Origin: Coprobacillaceae bacterium
GTDB taxonomy: Bacteria > Bacillota_I > Bacilli_A > Erysipelotrichales > Coprobacillaceae
Direction of reading: 5' to 3'
Assembly: GCA_963675915.1 (NCBI GenBank)
Contig: OY780959.1
Coordinates: 2,580,001-2,612,000 of the forward strand
DNA length: 32,000 nt
Shown here: positions 1 through 7,500 of the stretch, one piece after another
Layout of the letters: every line of letters starts with the position of its first letter
Numbering within the stretch: position 1 is the first letter of the stretch
The notes under the pieces: generated by a model
Database searches by the model: none
What the model was told of the DNA's origin: nothing
What the model saw: only the letters and a program-made list of their open reading frames with translations
Program-made: the position numbers and the translations under genes

Positions 1-151
1 CGGGGTGACTGAACAGGATAACCCATTTTCCGACATAATCTTCGGGAAATGAAATAACCCCTTGGGTAGTAACAGCTTTAAAAGAAGGGGCTTTGTCGCC
101 GATTAATGGTAATGATACGGATTTATTTTCCGGTAATTCTTGATTTTCCAT
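1..151 (-). CDS. Peroxiredoxin (1-Cys/Prx6-like, AhpC/TSA family), N-terminal 50 codons only; the gene runs off the left edge
   Basis: Not in the ORF track because it is truncated. The reverse complement of 1-151 starts at ATG (151-149) and reads MENQELPENKSVSLPLIGDKAPSFKAVTTQGVISFPEDYVGKWVILFSHP. This is the conserved lead-in to the peroxidatic xDFTPVCTTE motif. An AAAAGGAGA Shine-Dalgarno lies on the minus strand at about 159-167. Confidence 0.75.
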   Translation of the reverse strand, partial: MENQELPENKSVSLPLIGDKAPSFKAVTTQGVISFPEDYVGKWVILFSHP

Positions 152-260
152 TTTGATATCTCCTTTTCACGTTTTTAACTTATGTCCATTATATAATTTT
201 GGAAGTGTGGAGTAAAGTTTAATGCATAATTTTTTTAGTAGCTATCCGGATCCGATTTAA

Positions 261-307
261 AATGAAAAAGTTCCATCACTTGTCAGAATGACAAAGTTGA
301 AGGAACT
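261..307 (-). terminator. Intrinsic terminator downstream of the aldo/keto reductase gene
   Basis: On the minus strand, AGTTCC (307-302) pairs with GGAACT (274-269). An inner TTGTCA/TGACAA stem sits between them, and TTTTCATTTT follows. Confidence 0.5.
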
Positions 308-329
308 AGATGATATCTGAGATAAAATA

Positions 330-1340
330 TTATTTCAGGAAAGTTTGATAGTCCTGATAGTTCTTTTCAAGTAATTCAGGCGTATTGAGATGGTATGGAC
401 ATTGAGCCATACATTGACCGCAGTGAGTGCAGTCTTCGATTTTTTTCATCTCGGCCTGCCACTGTTCTGACAGCCAGCGCTTAGAAGGGGAACGTCTTAA
501 TAATAGTGACATTCTGGCACAGTTATTGATGAGAATCCCCTGGGGACAAGGCATGCAATAACCACAACCGCGACAGAAGTCACCAGCCAGTTCCTGATGC
601 TCGTTTTCGATATAAGCCTTCAATTCAGGTGTCATTGTCGGTGGAGTTTCTTGATAAGAAATGAACTCATCAAGTTCACTGATTTTCTGGATTCCCCAGA
701 TTGGCAATACATTGTCGAACTGATTCAAATAGGCATAAGCGGCATCACTGCGGGTGATTAATCCCCCTGACATGGCTTTCATACAAATGAATCCGACATT
801 GTGTTTGGCAGCTAATTCAACCAGTTCTTGCTCGACTTCAGTAGCCAGGTAGCTAAACGGGAATTGAATAGTATCATAAAGACCTGATTCAACTGCTTCT
901 TTGGCCAAGTTGATTCCATGATTGGTAAATCCGATAAATTTGATCTTACCTTGTTGTTTTGCTTCAAGCATTGCCTCATATAGACCGGTCCCGTCATTAG
1001 GTTTGGGACAAAACGGCGGGTTATGAAATTGGAATACGTCAATATAGTCAGTTTTTAGGTTTTTAAGGCTGGTATTTAAATCCTCCCAGAAACCTTCGAC
1101 AGTTTTTGACATGGTTTTAGATGTGATGTAGATATTTTCACGGACATCGCTCAGGGCAGCCCCGATTTTTTCTTCGCTGTCGCTGTAGGCGCGAGCTGAA
1201 TCGAAGAACTGAATTCCGTTTTCATATGCTTTTTTTAAGATGACGATTGCATCTTCTTGAGATACTCTTTGAATTGGCAAGGCCCCAAAACCGTTTTTGT
1301 TGACAACGATATTGGTTCTGCCTAATGTGATTTTATCCAT
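330..1340 (-). CDS. Aldo/keto reductase family oxidoreductase with a C-terminal Cys-rich (4Fe-4S ferredoxin-like) extension
   Basis: 336-aa ORF. The AKR core shows the catalytic-tetrad contexts FFDSARAY, ITSKT and FQFHNP. The C-terminus carries CRGCGYCMPCP and CTHCGQCMAQCP. A GGAGGG SD (reverse complement of 1347-1352) precedes ATG 1340. Confidence 0.9.
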   Translation of the reverse strand: MDKITLGRTNIVVNKNGFGALPIQRVSQEDAIVILKKAYENGIQFFDSARAYSDSEEKIGAALSDVRENIYITSKTMSKTVEGFWEDLNTSLKNLKTDYIDVFQFHNPPFCPKPNDGTGLYEAMLEAKQQGKIKFIGFTNHGINLAKEAVESGLYDTIQFPFSYLATEVEQELVELAAKHNVGFICMKAMSGGLITRSDAAYAYLNQFDNVLPIWGIQKISELDEFISYQETPPTMTPELKAYIENEHQELAGDFCRGCGYCMPCPQGILINNCARMSLLLRRSPSKRWLSEQWQAEMKKIEDCTHCGQCMAQCPYHLNTPELLEKNYQDYQTFLK

Positions 1341-1366
1341 AATTTTCCCTCCTAAAAATTATGATT

Positions 1367-1395
1367 ATTATATCATGTTCATTGAATAATATTAA
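1367..1395 (-). promoter_or_regulatory. Candidate sigma-A promoter for the AKR gene
   Basis: Minus strand: TTAATA (1395-1390), 17-nt spacer, then TGaTATAAT with the -10 hexamer at 1372-1367. It lies about 27 nt upstream of the start codon. Confidence 0.45.
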
Positions 1396-1567
1396 TTAAT
1401 TTATCGATTTGAAAATACCAAAATTCTAAATTGACCCATTTTTTTTATTGAAATGCCAAATTTGAGGTGAAAATCAGGGGAGATAGGCTCGAAAACAAGG
1501 TATTTATGTTTATAATGTACCAGTACCCTGATATTTGTTAACATTTTAAAGAATTTGTAGAAATAAC

Positions 1568-1596
1568 TTGATATTTCATAATGTTTGTGGTAATAT
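1568..1596 (+). promoter_or_regulatory. Candidate sigma-A promoter for the DUF2294 gene
   Basis: TTGATA (1568-1573), 17-nt spacer ending in TGg, then TAATAT (1591-1596). Confidence 0.5.
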
Positions 1597-1668
1597 TTTA
1601 TGGTGTAAGCACTAAAAAGATTAGAATTATTGAAATATTTGATACCGAGGTTTATGAGAGGTAAATTC

Positions 1669-2025
1669 ATGACAAAAGGACAAGTTGAATCGAAAATAAG
1701 CGAAGCAATTAGTAAGTTTGAAATTGAACAGATGGGCCGAGGACCTGAAAAAATCAGGACGATTATTTTTCAGGATCTGATCATCATAAGACTGAAAGGT
1801 TTTTTGAGCAAATCGGAACGGAGTTTGGCGAAAAGTAAAGATGGAGTTGAGCTTCTCAAGAAGGTTAGAACCGCTTTATTTGAAAATGCCCGGGAAGAGT
1901 TAGAAGCTGCAATAAAATCAGTTATTGATGTTAACGTTATCAGCACGTATTCCGACGTCAGTACAAAAACTGGAGAGAAGATAATCGGCATTGTGGTAGA
2001 TGCCAATATCGAAGAACTATTTTAA
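1669..2025 (+). CDS. DUF2294 family protein (function unknown)
   Basis: The ORF in the track starts at 1630. I prefer ATG 1669 (MTKGQVESK...) because GAGAGG lies 6 nt upstream. The sequence MGRGPEKIRTIIFQDLIIIRLKG...STKTGEKIIGIVVD matches my recollection of DUF2294 proteins. Confidence 0.7.
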   Translation: MTKGQVESKISEAISKFEIEQMGRGPEKIRTIIFQDLIIIRLKGFLSKSERSLAKSKDGVELLKKVRTALFENAREELEAAIKSVIDVNVISTYSDVSTKTGEKIIGIVVDANIEELF

Positions 2026-2074
2026 ATGGAATATTCAGGAAAACTGATGAGGGGTTTCGACCAGTCAAAAGTGA

Positions 2075-2119
2075 GCCGATAACAATTGTTTCTGATGAAT
2101 TTTTTGTTATTGGTTTTTT
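2075..2119 (+). terminator. Intrinsic terminator after the DUF2294 gene
   Basis: CCGATAACAA (2075-2084) pairs with TTGTTATTGG (2103-2112) with one G-U pair. TTTTTTT follows at 2113-2119. Confidence 0.6.
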
Positions 2120-2182
2120 TATAACCTAAATATCCGCTTTAATGAGTCAATTATATTTTATAGAGATAAGGAGAATGATTAA

Positions 2183-3799
2183 ATGAGAAAATACCCTAGT
2201 ACCATGGCTACTCAACATCCTGATAATGTTGACAAGTACGTGACAATTCAAAATGAACCCGAAGAGGCACTTCGGATTCTTACCCCATATGAGCGAGGTG
2301 GTCTTGGAATTGAAGAAATCATGATCGACTTTGAAGGTAAGCTTACGCCTTACCATCAGCCGTCACAAATTTCTGCCGGTTTGATTAAAGAAGGTTTGAT
2401 CCCTGGCCAAGACGTATTCTTGACGCCAAGAATTCCTAATGCGAAAAAAGAACCTATTTTCCGACAATTGATGAGTATCATGGCTTTGGTGGAAACTAAC
2501 GTAATAACTTATCAACAGACCAATGTTCAAGCGATTTTCGAAACTGTTGTTCCAATGATCGAGTCTGGTGAAGAACTGATCAGAATTCAAGACAGAATCA
2601 ATTCGGTAATCGAACTTGGGAATCAAAATTACGATGTGAAATTCCCACTTAACAGTATTCGAATCATTCCTCTTGTTGAAAGCGTACCAGCTCTGGTTAA
2701 CTGTGACGTGATCATGGATGAATACTATCAATACTGTCTGGATAACGGACATAAGATGGAAGATATTCGAATCATGTTCGCCCGTTCGGATTCGGCTATG
2801 TCTTACGGATTGATTTCAGGTGTCTTGGCCGGATTAATGGCTATCGACAAAATCAACCGTTGGGGTAAATCAAGAGGTGTTGATGTCGCTCCGATTCTTG
2901 GTTGTGGATCATTGCCGTTTAGAGGACATCTGACTCGGGAAAATCTGGAGATGATGCTTAAAAATTATGCTGGGATCAAAACGTTCACAATCCAATCAGG
3001 ATTGCGCTATGATCACGGTGAAAACAAGGCAATCGAGACTGCTCAAATTTTAAAAGAACATGTCAACGATTTGCCACCGCGTACTTTCAGCGATGAAGAT
3101 ATCGAAATCATCAAAGAATACATCGGAATCACAACTAAGCATTATACCAAAACATTTGTCAAACTGATTGAAGCGATTGATGTTGTAGCAAAATACATGC
3201 CTAAAAACCGTGACCGTCTGGCAAGTGCTAAAAACAACTTGGATTATGCCCGTGAAGCGGCTAATCTCGAAGATATCATCAACTTGGTAAATGATGAAAA
3301 ACTTAAAGAAGAATTGGCTCAGATTGATACGACTGTTACTTGTGCAGTACCTCGGGCAATTTCTTATACGGCATCGTTATATACAATGGGGATTCCCCCA
3401 GAATTCATCGGTTCAGGACGTTGTCTGGCTGAAATCAAGGAAAAATATGGTCAGGCCGGAATCGATAAATTGTTGGAAATCTATCCTGGTTTGGTAAGCG
3501 ATCTTACTTTCGCCGGGAAATATGTGAATGTCAAAGTATCCAAAGGAATCGTTGACGAATCTGCACGTCAGGAATACATCGAAGATTTCAACAAAGCTTG
3601 TGAAATTCTGAATATCGATGTTGATTCATCGGAAGATCATGAAGATGAACTTTATCAGACATTACTGAAATTCATTCGTCCAATCCTGCTTCATTTACGT
3701 GGAAAACAAGAAGACTTGTTCGACAGCGGTGAAGAAGAAACTCGAATCTTGAATGAGTGGATTGTGAAGATGGGTAAAATCAGAGGAAGTTTGGGATAA
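2183..3799 (+). CDS. ppcA: Archaeal-type phosphoenolpyruvate carboxylase (PepcA)
   Basis: 538 aa. The N-terminal PSTMATQHPDN motif and the roughly 540-aa length are typical of archaeal-type PEPC as found in some clostridia and lactic acid bacteria, not of the roughly 880-aa bacterial Ppc. SD AAGGAGA at 2169-2175. Confidence 0.9.
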   Translation: MRKYPSTMATQHPDNVDKYVTIQNEPEEALRILTPYERGGLGIEEIMIDFEGKLTPYHQPSQISAGLIKEGLIPGQDVFLTPRIPNAKKEPIFRQLMSIMALVETNVITYQQTNVQAIFETVVPMIESGEELIRIQDRINSVIELGNQNYDVKFPLNSIRIIPLVESVPALVNCDVIMDEYYQYCLDNGHKMEDIRIMFARSDSAMSYGLISGVLAGLMAIDKINRWGKSRGVDVAPILGCGSLPFRGHLTRENLEMMLKNYAGIKTFTIQSGLRYDHGENKAIETAQILKEHVNDLPPRTFSDEDIEIIKEYIGITTKHYTKTFVKLIEAIDVVAKYMPKNRDRLASAKNNLDYAREAANLEDIINLVNDEKLKEELAQIDTTVTCAVPRAISYTASLYTMGIPPEFIGSGRCLAEIKEKYGQAGIDKLLEIYPGLVSDLTFAGKYVNVKVSKGIVDESARQEYIEDFNKACEILNIDVDSSEDHEDELYQTLLKFIRPILLHLRGKQEDLFDSGEEETRILNEWIVKMGKIRGSLG

Positions 3800-3838
3800 A
3801 AATATTAGAAAGTAGGTATATTGGTGGATAAAAAATCA

Positions 3839-5047
3839 ATGACAACATCAAATTATCAAGGCTTATCAAGGTGGAAATACGTATTTCTGGGCCTGATAAT
3901 TATGATATTTTTGGGGACTGTTTATTCCTATGGGGTATTCAGACTGTCGATAGAAACATTATTTTCGATTAATACGACCCAAAGCGGCTTGCCATACATG
4001 ATGGCTTTGAGCTTTTATGCCTTGTTTATGTTCCTTTCGGGTCGAGTACTCGAAAGGTATAAACCGCGCAACATCATAATAATTGGTGGTGCTTTGGTTG
4101 CTCTTGGATGGTTGCTTTCGGCAATCGCTCCAAATATATATATTCTGACCATAACATATGGTTGTATCGGCGGCGCCGGAGTTGGAATTGCCTATGGGGT
4201 ACCAATGACGGTTGTGGCTAAATGGTTTCCTGAGAAAAAGGGTTTGACCGTCGGGATGGTGCTAGTTGGATTCGGGCTATCGCCATTGATCACGGCCCCG
4301 GTTATCAGGATTCTGATAGAAAACTATTCCCTCGCCAACACATTTTTGGCAATGGGAATCAGTTTTATGGCGGTACTGCCATTTCTGGCATTTCCTTTCA
4401 AATATCCGGAAACGGAAATTGCCAGTGTTGCGAAGTCATCAAATTCACCTGAAAGTGAAAATGACTATCGTACCAGTGAAATGATCAGGACGCATGATTT
4501 TAAAGGACTCTATATCAATTTCATCATTGCTACCATGGTCGGACTGACCATGATTGGAATGACAACCAATATCGGGGTTGATTTCATCAGACTTGATGCG
4601 AGCGCAGTCACTTCGTATATGGCAGTGTTTGCGATTTTCAACGGACTGGGAAGACCGTTGTTTGGTTGGCTGACTGATCGGATTGCTCCTGGCAAAGCAA
4701 TGATTCTTTCCTACGCCATGATCATGGCTGCGGCCTTGTTGTTGATTTTCGGTGGTGAAGGAAGTCATTTCGCCTTTTTGGTATCCTTTGCGATTCTCTG
4801 GTTCAACCTGGGCGGATGGCTGGCGATTGCACCGACATCAACGATGCACCTGTATGGGATAACCAACTACAGTGCGAATTACGGCGTAGTCTTCACAGCA
4901 TATGGAATCGGAGCTATTGTGGGGGTTTTGACTTCAGGAATGTTGCTCGATCTTTTAGGACATTACGAATATTTGTTCTATTACATCATTGGGCTATGTG
5001 TCCTGGGAATGGCAGTAACCGGACTATTCTTTAGAACCAAAAAATAA
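3839..5047 (+). CDS. MFS transporter, oxalate/formate antiporter (OFA)-like family
   Basis: The track ORF starts at TTG 3821. ATG 3839, with GGTGGA about 10 nt upstream, is my preferred start, but either is possible. The protein is a 12-TM-type hydrophobic protein. SRWKYVFLGLIIM..GTVYSYGVF and VAKWFPEKKGLTVGM resemble OFA-family MFS proteins. There is no terminator between it and ppcA (39-nt gap). Confidence 0.85.
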   Translation: MTTSNYQGLSRWKYVFLGLIIMIFLGTVYSYGVFRLSIETLFSINTTQSGLPYMMALSFYALFMFLSGRVLERYKPRNIIIIGGALVALGWLLSAIAPNIYILTITYGCIGGAGVGIAYGVPMTVVAKWFPEKKGLTVGMVLVGFGLSPLITAPVIRILIENYSLANTFLAMGISFMAVLPFLAFPFKYPETEIASVAKSSNSPESENDYRTSEMIRTHDFKGLYINFIIATMVGLTMIGMTTNIGVDFIRLDASAVTSYMAVFAIFNGLGRPLFGWLTDRIAPGKAMILSYAMIMAAALLLIFGGEGSHFAFLVSFAILWFNLGGWLAIAPTSTMHLYGITNYSANYGVVFTAYGIGAIVGVLTSGMLLDLLGHYEYLFYYIIGLCVLGMAVTGLFFRTKK

Positions 5048-5059
5048 TGATTAAGCTTG

Positions 5060-5092
5060 GTTGCCTTGGCATATTGCCCGGGCAACTTTTTT
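5060..5092 (+). terminator. Intrinsic terminator after the ppcA-MFS unit
   Basis: GTTGCC (5060-5065) pairs with GGCAAC (5081-5086), followed by TTTTTT (5087-5092). Confidence 0.6.
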
Positions 5093-5094
5093 AT

Positions 5095-5123
5095 ATCCAA
5101 AATCCCATCGGGCGTGATATTAT
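5095..5123 (+). promoter_or_regulatory. Candidate extended -10 promoter for the small acidic ORF
   Basis: TGaTATTAT at 5115-5123. The -35 (ATCCAA, 5095-5100) is weak, with a 17-nt spacer. Confidence 0.3.
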
Positions 5124-5155
5124 GGAACTATACCAAGTTGAACGAGGTGAAACAA

Positions 5156-5341
5156 ATGGAACTACTCGAATTTCTTGAAAACAAAGCCCGTCTGGAGTAT
5201 TTGTTTTTTGATGATGATGAAGATGATCCGGATTTGGATGATGATTTTCAAGACGATTGGAATGATGAATTAACTCCGGAGATTGAAGATGACGAATGGG
5301 ACGATGTGATTTGGCAGGAACATATAACGGACATGTTTTAG
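5156..5341 (+). CDS. Small hyper-acidic protein (61 aa), unknown function
   Basis: The internal ATG 5156 of track ORF 5057..5341 has a GAGGTGA SD 6 nt upstream. The sequence is MELLEFLENKARLEYLFFDDDEDDPDLDDDFQDDWNDELTPEIEDDEWDDVIWQEHITDMF. 27 of 61 residues are D or E and only K10, R12 and H56 are basic. The gene is bracketed by terminators at 5060-5092 and 5328-5357. Confidence 0.6.
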   Translation: MELLEFLENKARLEYLFFDDDEDDPDLDDDFQDDWNDELTPEIEDDEWDDVIWQEHITDMF

Positions 5342-5357
5342 GTGTCCGGATTTTTTT
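5328..5357 (+). terminator. Intrinsic terminator after the small acidic ORF
   Basis: CGGACA (5328-5333) pairs with TGTCCG (5343-5348), then GA and TTTTTTT (5351-5357). Confidence 0.5.
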
Positions 5358-5384
5358 CAGAATATTAAAATGGGTCGATTCTTC

Positions 5385-5415
5385 TTGACTTAAAGTATAG
5401 TGGATAGGGTAAACT
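5385..5415 (+). promoter_or_regulatory. Candidate promoter for the MATE gene with a 19-nt spacer
   Basis: TTGACT (5385-5390), 19-nt spacer, TAAACT (5410-5415). The -35 is embedded in TCTTGACTTAAAGT, a 14-mer repeated at 18101-18114. Confidence 0.4.
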
Positions 5416-5439
5416 TATGGATAGGAAAAGAGGAAGAGT

Positions 5440-6816
5440 ATGATTAATAATTTGATTGAACCAAAAAAACAAATTGATTCAAGTAGAAAAATATTCACCA
5501 ATAAAAATCTTAAGGATCTCATCGGACCTTTACTGATTGAACAACTGTTGATTCTGTTAGTGGGAATCGTTGATACTTTGATGGTCAGCTATGCCGGGGA
5601 GGCAGCGGTCTCGGGAGTATCATTGGTCAACCAGCTCAATACGGTTTTTATCATGGTGTTCACTGCGATTGCTGCTGGCGGTGCGGTTGTTGCAAGTCAG
5701 TATATTGGCCGCAAAGACCGGGAAAACGGGAGTAAGGCAGCCAGTCAGCTGATCATGATAACTTCGTTTTTTGCAGTAGGATTGGCGGCGGTTGTGATTG
5801 TTTTCAACAGCCAGATTCTTGCCTTTTTGTTTGGCGGGGTTGAAAGTGATGTAATGCAGGCGGCGGTAACGTATCTGGTCATTTCCGCGTTTTCGTTTCC
5901 GGCGCTGGCGATATACAACAGTTGTGCCGGATTGTTCCGCAGCATGTCTAAAACCCGAACGATCATGTATGTTTCAATGATCATGAATATTTCCAATGTC
6001 ATCGGTAATGCGATTGGGATTTTTGTCCTTCATGCCGGGGTGCTGGGGGTAGCTTATCCATCGCTGATTTCACGGGTTCTCGCAGCGACCATCTTGCTGG
6101 TTTTGTCGTTCAAAAAAGGCAATGAGATTGTTGTAACGGTAAAAAACATTTTCACTTGGCAAAAGGATATGGTTGCCAGAATCTTGAATATCGCAGTACC
6201 CAATGGAATCGAAAACGGCTTGTTTCAATTGTCAAAAGTCGTTTTGAGCACTATCGTAGCAATGTTTGGGACCAGCCAGATTGCAGCTAATGGGGTCGCT
6301 CAGAGCTTCTGGTCGATGTCGGCGCTTTTTGTCGTTGCGATGGGACCGGCCTTTATTACCGTTATCGGTCAGTGTCTTGGAGCAGGCGATACCGGTGCGG
6401 CTGATTACTATATCTCCAAGCTGCTCAGGATAACGTATCTTGGCGGGATATTCTGGAACACCTTGTTCTTTGCAATCACTCCGCTTATTTTGAAACTTTA
6501 CAGCCTTTCGGCGGAGACTATCGCGACAATCATATTGTTGTGTCTGATTCATAATGTTTTCAATGCCTTGCTCTGTCCGGTGGCATTCGCGCTGCCAAAC
6601 GCTCTGCGAGCGGCCGGAGATGTCAAATATGCGATGTACAGTTCACTATTCTCGACCATCGTATGTCGGATATTGCTCTCAATTATTTTGGGGATTATGC
6701 TCAACCTTGGCGTAATCGGTATTGCTTTGGCAATGGCCGGAGATTGGGCCATCAAGACAATGTTGATATTGAGAAGATTCATCAGTGGTAAATGGAAAGA
6801 ATTCCAGGTAGTATAA
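5440..6816 (+). CDS. MATE family efflux transporter
   Basis: 458 aa with about 12 predicted TM segments. The N-terminus (LIGPLLIEQLLILLVGIVDTLMVSYAGEAAVSGVSLVNQL) is typical of MATE/NorM-like proteins. SD GAGGAAG lies upstream. Confidence 0.9.
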   Translation: MINNLIEPKKQIDSSRKIFTNKNLKDLIGPLLIEQLLILLVGIVDTLMVSYAGEAAVSGVSLVNQLNTVFIMVFTAIAAGGAVVASQYIGRKDRENGSKAASQLIMITSFFAVGLAAVVIVFNSQILAFLFGGVESDVMQAAVTYLVISAFSFPALAIYNSCAGLFRSMSKTRTIMYVSMIMNISNVIGNAIGIFVLHAGVLGVAYPSLISRVLAATILLVLSFKKGNEIVVTVKNIFTWQKDMVARILNIAVPNGIENGLFQLSKVVLSTIVAMFGTSQIAANGVAQSFWSMSALFVVAMGPAFITVIGQCLGAGDTGAADYYISKLLRITYLGGIFWNTLFFAITPLILKLYSLSAETIATIILLCLIHNVFNALLCPVAFALPNALRAAGDVKYAMYSSLFSTIVCRILLSIILGIMLNLGVIGIALAMAGDWAIKTMLILRRFISGKWKEFQVV

Positions 6817-6825
6817 CCAATAAAG

Positions 6826-6870
6826 GATTCAACAAGTCTTCCCGATTAGGGAACTTGTTGAATCTTTTTT
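6826..6870 (+). terminator. Strong intrinsic terminator after the MATE gene
   Basis: GATTCAACAAG (6826-6836) pairs perfectly with CTTGTTGAATC (6854-6864). An inner TTCCC/GGGAA stem sits between them, and TTTTTT follows at 6865-6870. Confidence 0.8.
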
Positions 6871-6894
6871 ATTTGGACCATATTAGAGGAATGC

Positions 6895-6923
6895 TTCAAA
6901 ACCAGACAATAAGTTGCTATAAT
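6895..6923 (+). promoter_or_regulatory. Candidate sigma-A promoter for flavodoxin-like gene plus hydrolase
   Basis: TTCAAA (6895-6900), 17-nt spacer, TGcTATAAT with the hexamer at 6918-6923. Confidence 0.55.
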
Positions 6924-6960
6924 GTAAGTGTGATAAATATTGATAGAAAGGATGATTTTT

Positions 6961-7440
6961 ATGAGGATCGCAATAATATACGACTCGTACTTTGGGAATA
7001 CCAAAATGATCGCCGAAACAATGGCGCAGACAATTTCAAATGAGCATGATGTCTATCTGTGTCATTTTGATGAACTGAACTTGGATCGGTTGGAGCAAGT
7101 CGAACTGATTGTCGTGGGATCGCCAACTAGAGCATTCAGGCACACCAAAAAAATATCCGAGCTGATCTATAATATTATCCCGGTGAAAAAAATACCCAAT
7201 GTAGCTGTTTTTGACACTAGGATTGCTCTTGAAGATATTGACAACAAGATGCTTGCTTTCATGGCTAAAAAATTCGGTTACGCCAATGATTCGATGGCTA
7301 AGTTGATATCCAAGCGGGGGCTTAATTTGATTTCGCGTCCGGGAGAGTTCCAGGTGGCGGATTCGCAGGGACCACTTAAAGATGGCGAAATTGAAAGGGC
7401 AGCGCAGTGGATCAATACTGTGATGGCCGGATTAAAGTAA
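6961..7440 (+). CDS. Flavodoxin-like protein
   Basis: Start taken at ATG 6961 (MRIAIIYDSYFGNTKMIAE...), preceded by GAAAGGA. The N-terminal IIYxSxxGNT phosphate-binding loop and the 159-aa size fit the flavodoxin fold. Confidence 0.8.
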   Translation: MRIAIIYDSYFGNTKMIAETMAQTISNEHDVYLCHFDELNLDRLEQVELIVVGSPTRAFRHTKKISELIYNIIPVKKIPNVAVFDTRIALEDIDNKMLAFMAKKFGYANDSMAKLISKRGLNLISRPGEFQVADSQGPLKDGEIERAAQWINTVMAGLK

Positions 7441-7500
7441 GATTGCTTATAGCTTGATCAGGGAATTGTCAGGATATGTATTTCAAAGGAGCTGATTGTT

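Noticed and set aside
330-1340. AKR fused to ferredoxin-like Cys motifs as a possible novelty
   Set aside because: As far as I know, this architecture (aldo/keto reductase with a C-terminal Fe-S binding extension) is a common annotated family in anaerobes. Nothing here is unusual.
1401-1670. 89-aa minus-strand ORF in the AKR/DUF2294 intergenic region
   Set aside because: The translation is low-complexity and AT-driven (rich in K, Y, F, N and I). It has no SD, spans two promoter regions and overlaps the DUF2294 start.
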